Source of the DNA: Verrucomicrobiota bacterium
Lineage (GTDB): Bacteria > Verrucomicrobiota > Verrucomicrobiia > Limisphaerales > JADLHS01
Assembly (NCBI GenBank): GCA_031384405.1
Contig: JANNAO010000188.1
Span: forward strand, 1-32,993
DNA length: 32,993 nucleotides
Direction of reading: 5' to 3'
The translations under genes were made by a program, and so were the position numbers. Below, in pieces: positions 8,799 to 16,699 of the stretch. Numbering within the stretch: position 1 is the first letter of the stretch; every line of letters begins with the position of its first letter. Under the pieces are notes generated by a model. That model saw nothing but the letters and a program-made list of their open reading frames with translations, was not told the DNA's origin and made no database searches.

Positions 8799-11002
8799 CA
8801 GGGTAAAACGGTGATGGAATAATCCCGCACTACGAATCTCCCCACTGAATCTGTCATGTGCAAGGTGAAATCATAGATGCCCTGAGTGGTCGGATCGCCA
8901 GTGATCGCGCCTGTGCTGGTGTTCAACAACAGTCCGGGCGGAAGACCGGGCGAGCCAGCCGCCAGACTCCAGTTGTAAGGAGGCGTCGCTCCACCGGAAA
9001 CGGTGAACCCACTGAACACGGTGGAATAATTCACCGTGCCTGCCGCACTGATGGACGGCAATGCCGGGCCAGCGGGCGTAATCTGGATCAACGCCTGATT
9101 TTCGATGTTGAGAATATCCGTGCCGTTGGGATACACGACGGGCGCGTTGGTTGTTCCATCGAAGCTGCCCCAGATGAACCAGAGTAGCGCGCCAGCTTGA
9201 TCCAATAAATCCAAAGCTTGGTTTTGGTAAATCGGACCAACCTTATTATAAGTGAATACTTGCCCTGGATTGAAAACGCCCGGCCCGGCTAAACCGGGAT
9301 TAATATTCCCTTGATCGTAAGAAATACTTCGCGCAGCAGGGGGCACTGCTAGTAAAACTCCGTTAGGGCCAGGAGCCAGATCATCTGCATCCATCAAAAT
9401 GTCTGGTGTGGTCACAACTCGCCGCACGATGCGAGTTACCAAACTGTTGTTCGTCAGAACTGTGATCGGATAGTCGTTTGTGACCGGGAAAAAGAAGCGG
9501 CCAAGCAATGAATCCAAGTCGCGTCGCACGAATTGAACACGCTCAATTCCCTGGCGCAGCCCAAGAGTGTTCGCGGGGCAAACCACCGGCTTGATCTGGA
9601 AAATGTATTGATTGAATGACCCAATCGTTGTCTTTGAGAAGACTTCAATTCCAAGATTGGTCGCACCTGTCACTGCCGCGAACACAGGCGGATTGGTGAA
9701 TCCGACATTCAGAATCAACTGGGTGGAAACGATCGAGACGCCGCAATTATTGGACGGAATCAGGAAGTAATCCCCGAAGACACCATTTGTCATGAAGCTG
9801 ACTGAGGTGATGCTTTGGCAGATCAAGCCTGCGGGTGCAAACGGTGAACACGCTGTCGTCGAAATATTGGTGGTCACCACAGTCACAAGCCCATTCGTGA
9901 AGAACGTATTGGTGACAACATTCTCGAACGTATGCCGGAAATGCGTGGCGATGTTAGTCGTCACCACTGTCGCTGAGACAAGTTGTGCGGGCGCACTTGA
10001 TGGCGCGAAAGGCGAGTTGGTGAAGTAAAAGATGGTGTTGGTGGTGACCACATTGGTGAAAATGGTCACGGTGGAGGCGACTTGTAGTCCCGGGAACAAT
10101 GCGGCCATTGTCGCCGCATCGTTGGTCAACGATGCCGAGGCCAACGCTGTGAGATTCGAAGTGAAGAGCAACTGAATCGTGTTGTTCGTTACGAACGTAA
10201 TGGTTTCAGAGCCGTTGTTTTCAAAATTGTAATTGTTCGTCCGCATCAAATAGCGGAGTCCGGCGACATCGTCACGAGTCAAGCCAGTAAAGAAACTTCC
10301 ATAACCCGGCAATAACGATGCGACTGCTGTGAAAGTCAGAGCAGTAGGGTCAACTGCAAACTCAATGGCGTCTGCGAGCGGGTTGGGGCCTGTGCAGGCT
10401 TCAAGAATTAAGTAGCTATACAATGTGCCATTAACGTAGCTCGAAGGCTGCAATTGATCTGGATTTGAAAATACTGGATCGAAATTGCGTTTGATCACGT
10501 CATACACCTGATTTGCCGGACAGCTACCACCAGGAAGGGTAAAGCGGTTGTGCAAACTCCAGACGTAACGTTCCGGCTCGGCCAACCCCAATTGCTCTAC
10601 TAGTAAATTCAAAGTTGCGGATCGCAAATCATACAAGCCGAGTGCTTGAGCTAGATAATTTTCACGAGTCATTTCCAATGGCATTTCTGACAATGCACCC
10701 GTGTAACTGGAAACATTGGTCAGTCCATTCATGACCGCACAGGCACCATCAACCGCGTACAACCCATTCGATCCGAAATAATCTAGGAAGGTTTGGTTGG
10801 CGGAATAATAAATGACCGGCCTGTTCCAGCGGTATTCCTCCCCAAGATTTTTTGGCGCGCCGATGTCACCGCCTATCCCATAAGCAATCACTGGCACCTG
10901 ATAGGCTTCATTCAACGGGCCTAAAAGTGCAAACGCACCGGCTTTCTCGATGCCCAGCATCAAGACGGAGACCAAAATTAGTTGCTTCAACAATCTGACC
11001 AT
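8798..11002 (-). CDS. secreted protein of unknown function (734 aa) with a C-terminal He_PIG-like Ig segment
   Basis: ATG lies 13 nt after the stop of the upstream gene. Signal peptide MVRLLKQLILVSVLMLGIEKAGA. The C-terminal PPYNWSLAAGSPGLPPGLLLNTSTGAITGDPTTQGIYDFTLHMTD resembles the putative-Ig (He_PIG / dystroglycan-type) repeat. The rest has no motif I recognise. Confidence 0.8.
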   Translation of the reverse strand: MVRLLKQLILVSVLMLGIEKAGAFALLGPLNEAYQVPVIAYGIGGDIGAPKNLGEEYRWNRPVIYYSANQTFLDYFGSNGLYAVDGACAVMNGLTNVSSYTGALSEMPLEMTRENYLAQALGLYDLRSATLNLLVEQLGLAEPERYVWSLHNRFTLPGGSCPANQVYDVIKRNFDPVFSNPDQLQPSSYVNGTLYSYLILEACTGPNPLADAIEFAVDPTALTFTAVASLLPGYGSFFTGLTRDDVAGLRYLMRTNNYNFENNGSETITFVTNNTIQLLFTSNLTALASASLTNDAATMAALFPGLQVASTVTIFTNVVTTNTIFYFTNSPFAPSSAPAQLVSATVVTTNIATHFRHTFENVVTNTFFTNGLVTVVTTNISTTACSPFAPAGLICQSITSVSFMTNGVFGDYFLIPSNNCGVSIVSTQLILNVGFTNPPVFAAVTGATNLGIEVFSKTTIGSFNQYIFQIKPVVCPANTLGLRQGIERVQFVRRDLDSLLGRFFFPVTNDYPITVLTNNSLVTRIVRRVVTTPDILMDADDLAPGPNGVLLAVPPAARSISYDQGNINPGLAGPGVFNPGQVFTYNKVGPIYQNQALDLLDQAGALLWFIWGSFDGTTNAPVVYPNGTDILNIENQALIQITPAGPALPSISAAGTVNYSTVFSGFTVSGGATPPYNWSLAAGSPGLPPGLLLNTSTGAITGDPTTQGIYDFTLHMTDSVGRFVVRDYSITVLP

Positions 11003-11015
11003 ATAAAAGCTTTAG

Positions 11016-12890
11016 TTAGCGCAGTCTCTCGATCTGGTAGAAGCCCGCGCTGCTCCCACCCACATACATTGAATCCACAGTGCCCGCTGCAAAGCGCGGC
11101 CCGCCCACTTTCGTCCACGGGCCAGCCGGCGCCGCTGAACTCAAGACCTGATACATCAAACCGGATTGCGTGTTCCAATTCAGGAACAAGCCCTGAGCCG
11201 TCGGTTGAAGGCGCACTTTCAAGACGCTGTTCGCATCGTTGGGATTTGTGCCCGCTAGGAATTCATTCTTGTTGGATGCTCCATCGCCATCCGTATCCAC
11301 ATACGGCGAAGGCCAGCTAAAGATGTCGCCACCGAAATACGAGATCATCCATTCTTGAGGAATACCGCCCCACGTTGCTCCTGCACTGTAAGTCGTGTTC
11401 GTGGTCGCTGCCGACAGCGGTGAATGTCTGCCGTCCGTCAACACGTAGGACAATCGATAGCTATGCTGGCTGGCGGGGGCCAATCCTGTGGCATTCCAAT
11501 AGGTGTTGGTCACCACGGCGGTCGCCGTCGCCGCTCCATCAGCGAACACTTCATAGTTCGCGATGCTGAATCCGCTCACAGGCGGCCAGCTCACGCTCAA
11601 GGTGTTCGAGCTGATCACCGTGACGATCGGTGCTCCGGGTGCAGCCAAAGGTTGATTCGTGTTGACGTAGCGTTGGGCAAAGAGATCAAACACGCCTGCA
11701 CCGCCGACGAATCCACTCCAGACTGTCAGGAAACGCGCCGTACCGTCCGACGCCACTGTCGGATGAATCTGCTGGCTGATCGTGGAAGTGTTGATGCGGA
11801 ATTCGCTGCCAGCCAACATGCCGCTACCATTCAAAAATTGTCCATACACACCTTCGCGTGATCCGTCCTGTCCGAGGCTCGACCAAGTGACGATGAATTG
11901 CGTCCCTTGCACTGCGATCTTGGGAACGTATTGATCGCCGTGGGTGTAAGTGTTGATCCGCCGCGCGACTCCGCCCAAACCATTCGCTGAGAACGGACGC
12001 GCCACGATATCCCAACTGTTCGCCGCCACTATCGTGTCTTTCTCAGACCAAGCCACCGCAAAGCCACCATCAGTCGTCGCCGCCACGCTGGGATTCGCGC
12101 AGACGTTGGTGCTGCTGTTCACTAGGAATTCACCGCCGACCGCAGTGCCCGCCGCTGTAAAGAGGCGCGCGTAAATATCCGCTCCGTTCGCAACGCGTTG
12201 CTGTTCGGAAACCCACACCACGACAAATCGTCCGTCGCTCAACGGAGCGACGTTCGCAGTGCGTTGGTTGAACGCAGTAACTTGATTGACCAGAACTTCG
12301 CCACCGAACTTCGTGCCCGTCGGCGTCAAAATCTGGAGATAGACATCTCGCAAACTGTCGCCAGCCACTTGATTGAAACTCGACCACGCGACGACCGCGT
12401 TGCCGTTGGTCAACGTGGCGATGGTTGTCTCCAACTGAAACGTGTTGGTGGAGGTGTTGACATCAACATCGCCCGTCACCCATGTGCCCGCCGATGACAA
12501 AATCCGCGCTTTGATATGTTGAAAACTTTGCTTGCCGCTTTCCCACGCGAAAATCGCGCCGCCACCGTTCAACAATGAAACGACAGGCCGTTCTTGATCG
12601 TCCGCGCCATTTTGATTCACGCGAAATACACTGAGAGTTCCGCTGAGGCTGCTGTCCAGCTTCCGCGCGCTGATGCCATAGCCGTCGCCATCCGTGATGT
12701 TGTCGCGCCAGACGAGGTAACCGCCGCCGGGCTTGATGCTCAACTGCGGATGAACCTGCTCTCCGGGAAGTGTGCCTGCGATGCCGAACTCGCCACCTTC
12801 AGTGATGAAGCTGCTCTGGGCCTGCGCCAGCGTGGCCGAGACAACCAACAGACCGATGCCAGAAATCCGGGCGTAAGGGAACGATGCCAT
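11016..12890 (-). CDS. secreted 7-blade repeat (beta-propeller-like) protein with FN3-like domain and C-terminal tail
   Basis: Track ORF 11016..12986 trimmed to the ATG at 12890, where a signal peptide begins (MASFPYARISGIGLLVVSATLAQAQ). Seven ~55-aa repeats of the type GGEFxVNxxTxxxQxxPxVAxxxDGxFVVxWxS...xxGVYxQxF. An FN3-like segment (PGAPIVTVISSNTLSVSWPPVSGFSIANYEVF...). DTDGDGASNKNEFLAGTNPNDANS, then a tail ending AGFYQIERLR. Confidence 0.8.
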   Translation of the reverse strand: MASFPYARISGIGLLVVSATLAQAQSSFITEGGEFGIAGTLPGEQVHPQLSIKPGGGYLVWRDNITDGDGYGISARKLDSSLSGTLSVFRVNQNGADDQERPVVSLLNGGGAIFAWESGKQSFQHIKARILSSAGTWVTGDVDVNTSTNTFQLETTIATLTNGNAVVAWSSFNQVAGDSLRDVYLQILTPTGTKFGGEVLVNQVTAFNQRTANVAPLSDGRFVVVWVSEQQRVANGADIYARLFTAAGTAVGGEFLVNSSTNVCANPSVAATTDGGFAVAWSEKDTIVAANSWDIVARPFSANGLGGVARRINTYTHGDQYVPKIAVQGTQFIVTWSSLGQDGSREGVYGQFLNGSGMLAGSEFRINTSTISQQIHPTVASDGTARFLTVWSGFVGGAGVFDLFAQRYVNTNQPLAAPGAPIVTVISSNTLSVSWPPVSGFSIANYEVFADGAATATAVVTNTYWNATGLAPASQHSYRLSYVLTDGRHSPLSAATTNTTYSAGATWGGIPQEWMISYFGGDIFSWPSPYVDTDGDGASNKNEFLAGTNPNDANSVLKVRLQPTAQGLFLNWNTQSGLMYQVLSSAAPAGPWTKVGGPRFAAGTVDSMYVGGSSAGFYQIERLR

Positions 12891-13004
12891 AAGAAATTTA
12901 ACAATAGATAGCGCGCCCGGAATCCGTGCTTCACGGATCCAAGCTGACGGCGATTGATTCGCCCACACTGAGTTTTCTGTTTTCACGACTTCTTCTCTAC
13001 TTCT

Positions 13005-13886
13005 CTAAATCAATTCCTGCTGCCTTGTCTGCGCAGATTCCAGTTCCGCGAGCATGGAGCGAAAGCCCCAACCGCGATACAATCCCATCAACCGCCCCGC
13101 ATCCGCCGGTCTCGCAACCAACGCGTCTGCGGAAAATTCGCTTCCCACTTCCGTCTTCAACCGCACAAGCGATTGATTCCGTCGCACATCGGCCTCTGCC
13201 GTTTTCAATGCGCCCCGGATGCGTTCGGATTTCACTTCATCCAATCGCCGATACAACTCCACCACCGACCCGAATTGCTTCAACAAGTCCGTCGCCGTCT
13301 TCGGCCCGACTCCCGGCACGCCAGGAATGTTGTCCACACTGTCGCCCAGCAGACTCAACCAATCTCCGATCTGTTCCGGCTCGACTCCGGTCTTGCCTCG
13401 CACTTGCTCCGCTGTCCAAATCGTTTCCGACTTGTCGTTCGGATTCAACAAACCGATGCCCGGCGCAACGAGCTGCATAAAATCTTTATCCGCGCTGGCG
13501 ATCACCACTTCCATCCCCGCCTTCGCCGCCGCGTCCGTCACGAACGCGATGTAATCGTCCGCTTCCACACCGTCCGCGCAATACGAGGCGATGTTCGCCG
13601 CGCCGAGATACCCGATGATCTCGTCCAGTTGCGAACCGAGATCCGCTGGCATCTCCGGCCGTTGCGCCTTGTAACCCGGCAATGCCTCGCGCCGCTCCGC
13701 ACTCAACCCACCGTCCCACACCACGATCAGGTGGCTTGGATTCACCGTCGCCCGCATCTTGCCGAGCATCTTGATGAACCCGTAAATCGCATTCGTCGGT
13801 TTGCCCTCCGGCGAACTCAGACTGCGTATCGCATAAAACGCCCGGTATGCGTATGCGTGTCCATCCACTATCAAAATTCGCGCCAT
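13005..13886 (-). CDS. stand-alone 5'-3' exonuclease (Pol I N-terminal / FEN-like, PIN + H3TH)
   Basis: MARILIVDGHAYAYRAFYA, GVEADDYIA, ASADKDFMQL and the H3TH motif LLGDSVDNIPGVPGVGPKTATDLL. At 293 aa there is no polymerase domain. Confidence 0.9.
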   Translation of the reverse strand: MARILIVDGHAYAYRAFYAIRSLSSPEGKPTNAIYGFIKMLGKMRATVNPSHLIVVWDGGLSAERREALPGYKAQRPEMPADLGSQLDEIIGYLGAANIASYCADGVEADDYIAFVTDAAAKAGMEVVIASADKDFMQLVAPGIGLLNPNDKSETIWTAEQVRGKTGVEPEQIGDWLSLLGDSVDNIPGVPGVGPKTATDLLKQFGSVVELYRRLDEVKSERIRGALKTAEADVRRNQSLVRLKTEVGSEFSADALVARPADAGRLMGLYRGWGFRSMLAELESAQTRQQELI

Positions 13887-13917
13887 AACTTTGGCGTCTG
13901 CTGTCTTGTCCGACGGC

Positions 13918-13945
13918 CTTAGACTTTAGACATCAGACTTTAGAC
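13918..13945. repeat. 4 x heptamer tandem repeat (CTTAGAC TTTAGAC ATCAGAC TTTAGAC)
   Basis: Read directly in the 66-nt spacer between the secretin stop (13953) and the exonuclease start (13886). An 11-nt core AGACTTTAGAC occurs twice. Confidence 0.7.
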
Positions 13946-13952
13946 CCGCCTC

Positions 13953-16649
13953 TTACCTCCCCGCAGGTGCGCTCTGGTAGAAGGGCAAATCTTCATCGCG
14001 ATTCGCGCGATTGCCAGCAGGGTCAATGATCGTCGGCGTAACAAAGATGATGAGGTTTTTCTTGCGCGTCTGCGAGGACTCGCTGCGGAACAATTTGCCG
14101 ATGAACGGCAGGTCGCCCAACATCGGAACCTTGTCCTTGATCTTGGTCACTTCGTCAGAGATCAAACCACCAAGCACCACCGTCTGGCCGTCCCACACGC
14201 TGCAACTTGTCGTGACTTGGCGCACGCGGAAGATCGGAAGCGGAAGAACTGATGTCACGCTTTGACCGGCTGGCGTGAGAGCTTGCGGAACAAAAATTTC
14301 AGCCGTCGAAAAGTCATACCCGACGAACTCGGTCAGTGTTGGAATAATTGTCATCTGGATCGTGACTCCATCAGCAGAGACCGTCGGCAACACGTCAATG
14401 ACAGGACCGAGCGGAATCGGAGAGGTTGTTGGACTTACGAATGTTGAAGTCTGGGCCTGCTGCGTCGTTCCACTTCCAGTGTTGTTGCCGCCACCATTCT
14501 GGCCCTGCTGTTGATCAATGCCCGTGACGATGGTCTTGACTTCAGCAACTGAAATCTGCGCCTGACGACCGCTGAGTGTGGTCACTTGACCTTCGTTCAA
14601 CAGATCAATGCCGTCACGCTGCTCGATGGCGCGAAGCACCACGCGGAATTGCGGATCGGTCAGAATACCCGTGAAGGTTGCAAGAGCAGGCGTGACGGAG
14701 TTGTCGCGTCCAAAATTGTTACGCAATCCACCCGTGAGCAGCGCGTCCGTCGTTGACGGCGCAATCGCTGTGTCTGTCACAATGTTCCCGGCAATGTCCC
14801 GGATGGTCTGACCGGGGAAGCTGCCAAAGATGTTGGCAGGCGTGGGCGATCCACCCAATGTCGGCTGTGTTCCACCTGATCCCAGCGATCTGCCACCGAA
14901 GATCATGTTCCCCAGATACCAATCAAAGCCGATGGCCTTGTTGTCATTCTGGGAGATCTCTGTGAAGCGGGTTTTGATATTGATCTGGGGCGGCGCAATG
15001 TTGAGCACTCGAACCACCTGCTCGATGATGTCCAACTCCTCAGCCGTCGCGCGGACATACAGCGTGCCTTCGCGGTCGTTGAAGAAAACTGTTTTGCCCA
15101 CAGCCGGGTCCAAATTCACACCCATGGTAACGAAGAATGTGCGAACTGCGGAGTGAACTGCCTCCATCGCGTTAGTGCGGGTCAAGCCAGCGATGCCTTG
15201 ACCGCTCTGGCCGCCGCCGCCTTGTCCACCGCCGCCACCACCGCCTTGTCCACCAGTGGTGCTGCTGGTAACGCTCACGCGGGGAATTATGAAACCACTG
15301 CCCTGACCGCTTTGGCCTCCACCACCACCGCCACCTCCTCCGCCACCACCACCGCCACCGCTTGACGACTGAACGTTGAGAATCAATCCACTGACGCTTT
15401 CCAAACCTTGATAAAAAGTGTTCGGGTCAACGTGAAACTGGCGGCTTTCCAATTGCAGCAACTCCGCGCCCTTGAGCGAAACAACCACGGCGTATTCTTC
15501 AAATGAAATCTTCAACGGTGTGCGCGCCACTTTAGTCACCGCGTCCAAAACATCCGCGAGACGCACATCACGCAACGGAGGGTTCAGCTTGATCTCGATG
15601 CTGGCGACGTCCACGGATTCAGTCAGAGGTGCTGCGATGGGCAAACCGGTCGCAGGATCAATTCCCACTGGCGCACCAGCAGGTGCGGCTGCGGAGTTCG
15701 GATTGACGATGATGTTCACGCCTTGCTTTGCGGTGTCGCGCTTGCGGGCTTCTTCGCTAAGGATACGAACCACTTCGCTCAACGGCATCGTGTCCGGTGC
15801 GCCTTCAAACGGGAAGCTCTCGAACTTGATCGCGTTGAGCTTGTTCATGATCGCCTGACGACCTTTACCGGTATTGATCTGGCCGTTCTTGTTGTAGGTA
15901 TTGGGGACGGACAGTGAGTCTCGCTTTTTCGGCGTGTTCCATGTGTCCACGACTTCGAGAACCTTGTTCGCATTGTCTTGCTCAGACTTTGACTTGCTGA
16001 TGCGATAACGCTGTTCGCGAAGCTGGCTGACCTGACGGTTCGCCGCGCTGTTCTGCGGATCGAGAGCGAGGGCTTGCTTCAGTTCTACTTCAGCTTGATC
16101 GAGCTTGCCCGCTTCGAGCAACACACGCGCATTGGTGACGTGCGTGGCGGCACTGATTTTGTTTGTCCGGGCTGCCCTCGCGTCACTGATCACTTCCGGC
16201 GTGGCAATAACGCCTGCGAGTTCAGCAAGGGTCTTGTCATTGGCGGATTTCGCGGCGATGGCGGAAGCATTCTTGGGGTCGGCCTTGAGCACCAACGCGA
16301 GTTGTGTTTGCACTTCGCGATAATCCCCACGACGGCGGGCGATTTCAGCGAGCTGCAAACGCACGGACGAGAAACCCTGGATGGCGGCGGCGGATTCTTG
16401 TGGTGAATTGCTTGGCCCGATCTGCTCAACGAGACCGACGGCGGCATCGTAAATCTTCGCGGCAGAAACGAGATCGCCGCGACCGACGGCTTGTTGCCCC
16501 TCGTCAAGTTTCTGGCGCAACAGGATGAGGTTTGCCTCGCGATAGACCGCCTGATTCACGGCGGCGTCCACATCCGCGTTTTGCGCTGTGGCGATTGACG
16601 TAGAGGCGAAGGCTAATGCCAGGCCGAAGTAGATTGCTGCTTTTGTCAT
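13953..16649 (-). CDS. pilQ: secretin (PilQ/GspD family) with N-terminal TPR-like region and poly-Gly linkers
   Basis: Signal peptide MTKAAIYFGLALAFASTSIATAQ. TPR-like repeats at aa ~30-215 (RRGDYREVQTQLALVLKADPKNASA; LLEAGKLDQAEVELKQALALDPQNSAA). STN/N0-like segment NAIKFESFPFEGAPDTMPLSEVVRILSEE. Gly tracts at aa 431-445 and 466-480. Secretin signature GQTVVLGGLISDEVTKIKDKVPMLGDLPFIGKLFRSESSQTRKKNLIIFVTPTII. Confidence 0.9.
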   Translation of the reverse strand: MTKAAIYFGLALAFASTSIATAQNADVDAAVNQAVYREANLILLRQKLDEGQQAVGRGDLVSAAKIYDAAVGLVEQIGPSNSPQESAAAIQGFSSVRLQLAEIARRRGDYREVQTQLALVLKADPKNASAIAAKSANDKTLAELAGVIATPEVISDARAARTNKISAATHVTNARVLLEAGKLDQAEVELKQALALDPQNSAANRQVSQLREQRYRISKSKSEQDNANKVLEVVDTWNTPKKRDSLSVPNTYNKNGQINTGKGRQAIMNKLNAIKFESFPFEGAPDTMPLSEVVRILSEEARKRDTAKQGVNIIVNPNSAAAPAGAPVGIDPATGLPIAAPLTESVDVASIEIKLNPPLRDVRLADVLDAVTKVARTPLKISFEEYAVVVSLKGAELLQLESRQFHVDPNTFYQGLESVSGLILNVQSSSGGGGGGGGGGGGGGGQSGQGSGFIIPRVSVTSSTTGGQGGGGGGGQGGGGQSGQGIAGLTRTNAMEAVHSAVRTFFVTMGVNLDPAVGKTVFFNDREGTLYVRATAEELDIIEQVVRVLNIAPPQINIKTRFTEISQNDNKAIGFDWYLGNMIFGGRSLGSGGTQPTLGGSPTPANIFGSFPGQTIRDIAGNIVTDTAIAPSTTDALLTGGLRNNFGRDNSVTPALATFTGILTDPQFRVVLRAIEQRDGIDLLNEGQVTTLSGRQAQISVAEVKTIVTGIDQQQGQNGGGNNTGSGTTQQAQTSTFVSPTTSPIPLGPVIDVLPTVSADGVTIQMTIIPTLTEFVGYDFSTAEIFVPQALTPAGQSVTSVLPLPIFRVRQVTTSCSVWDGQTVVLGGLISDEVTKIKDKVPMLGDLPFIGKLFRSESSQTRKKNLIIFVTPTIIDPAGNRANRDEDLPFYQSAPAGR
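15195..15368 (-). repeat. coding low-complexity tract inside the secretin gene (two poly-Gly / QSGQG runs)
   Basis: Encodes SSSG(15)QSGQGSGFIIPRVSVTSSTTGGQG(7)QGGGGQSGQG. The first run is 15 consecutive Gly codons (15315-15359) using 8 GGT, 4 GGC and 3 GGA. Confidence 0.9.
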
Positions 16650-16699
16650 GATGACTTCTTCTGTTGCTTGATGCTAAAAAATAAAAAATCCCCCGTCCG

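Noticed and set aside
12891-13004. Hairpin ATCCGTG-CTT-CACGGAT (~12923-12939) downstream of the exonuclease gene as a terminator
   Set aside because: The 7-bp stem has a 3-nt loop and no following T-tract on the minus strand. It lies in the leader of the giant-protein cassette and is too weak to call either a terminator or a regulatory element.
13173-13922. 249-aa plus-strand ORF opposite the 5'-3' exonuclease, and similar long antisense ORFs at 26163..26855, 27016..27600 and 28379..29239
   Set aside because: All are Arg/His-rich and lie exactly opposite genes with strong family motifs (exonuclease, YebC, ATP-grasp, HExxH peptidase). I treat them as non-coding shadows.
15195-15368. GGN-rich repetitive DNA considered as a non-coding microsatellite or CRISPR-like repeat
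   Set aside because: It is in frame within the secretin ORF and has no spacer-repeat periodicity. The mixed synonymous Gly codons show it is a coding low-complexity linker.
16650-16699. A/T-rich spacer (GGGGGATTTTTTATTTTTT on the minus strand) before the secretin gene as an internal terminator
   Set aside because: The T-runs are present, but the preceding sequence forms only a 4-bp stem. I judged that insufficient for a terminator call. It may simply be an AT-rich translation-initiation region.
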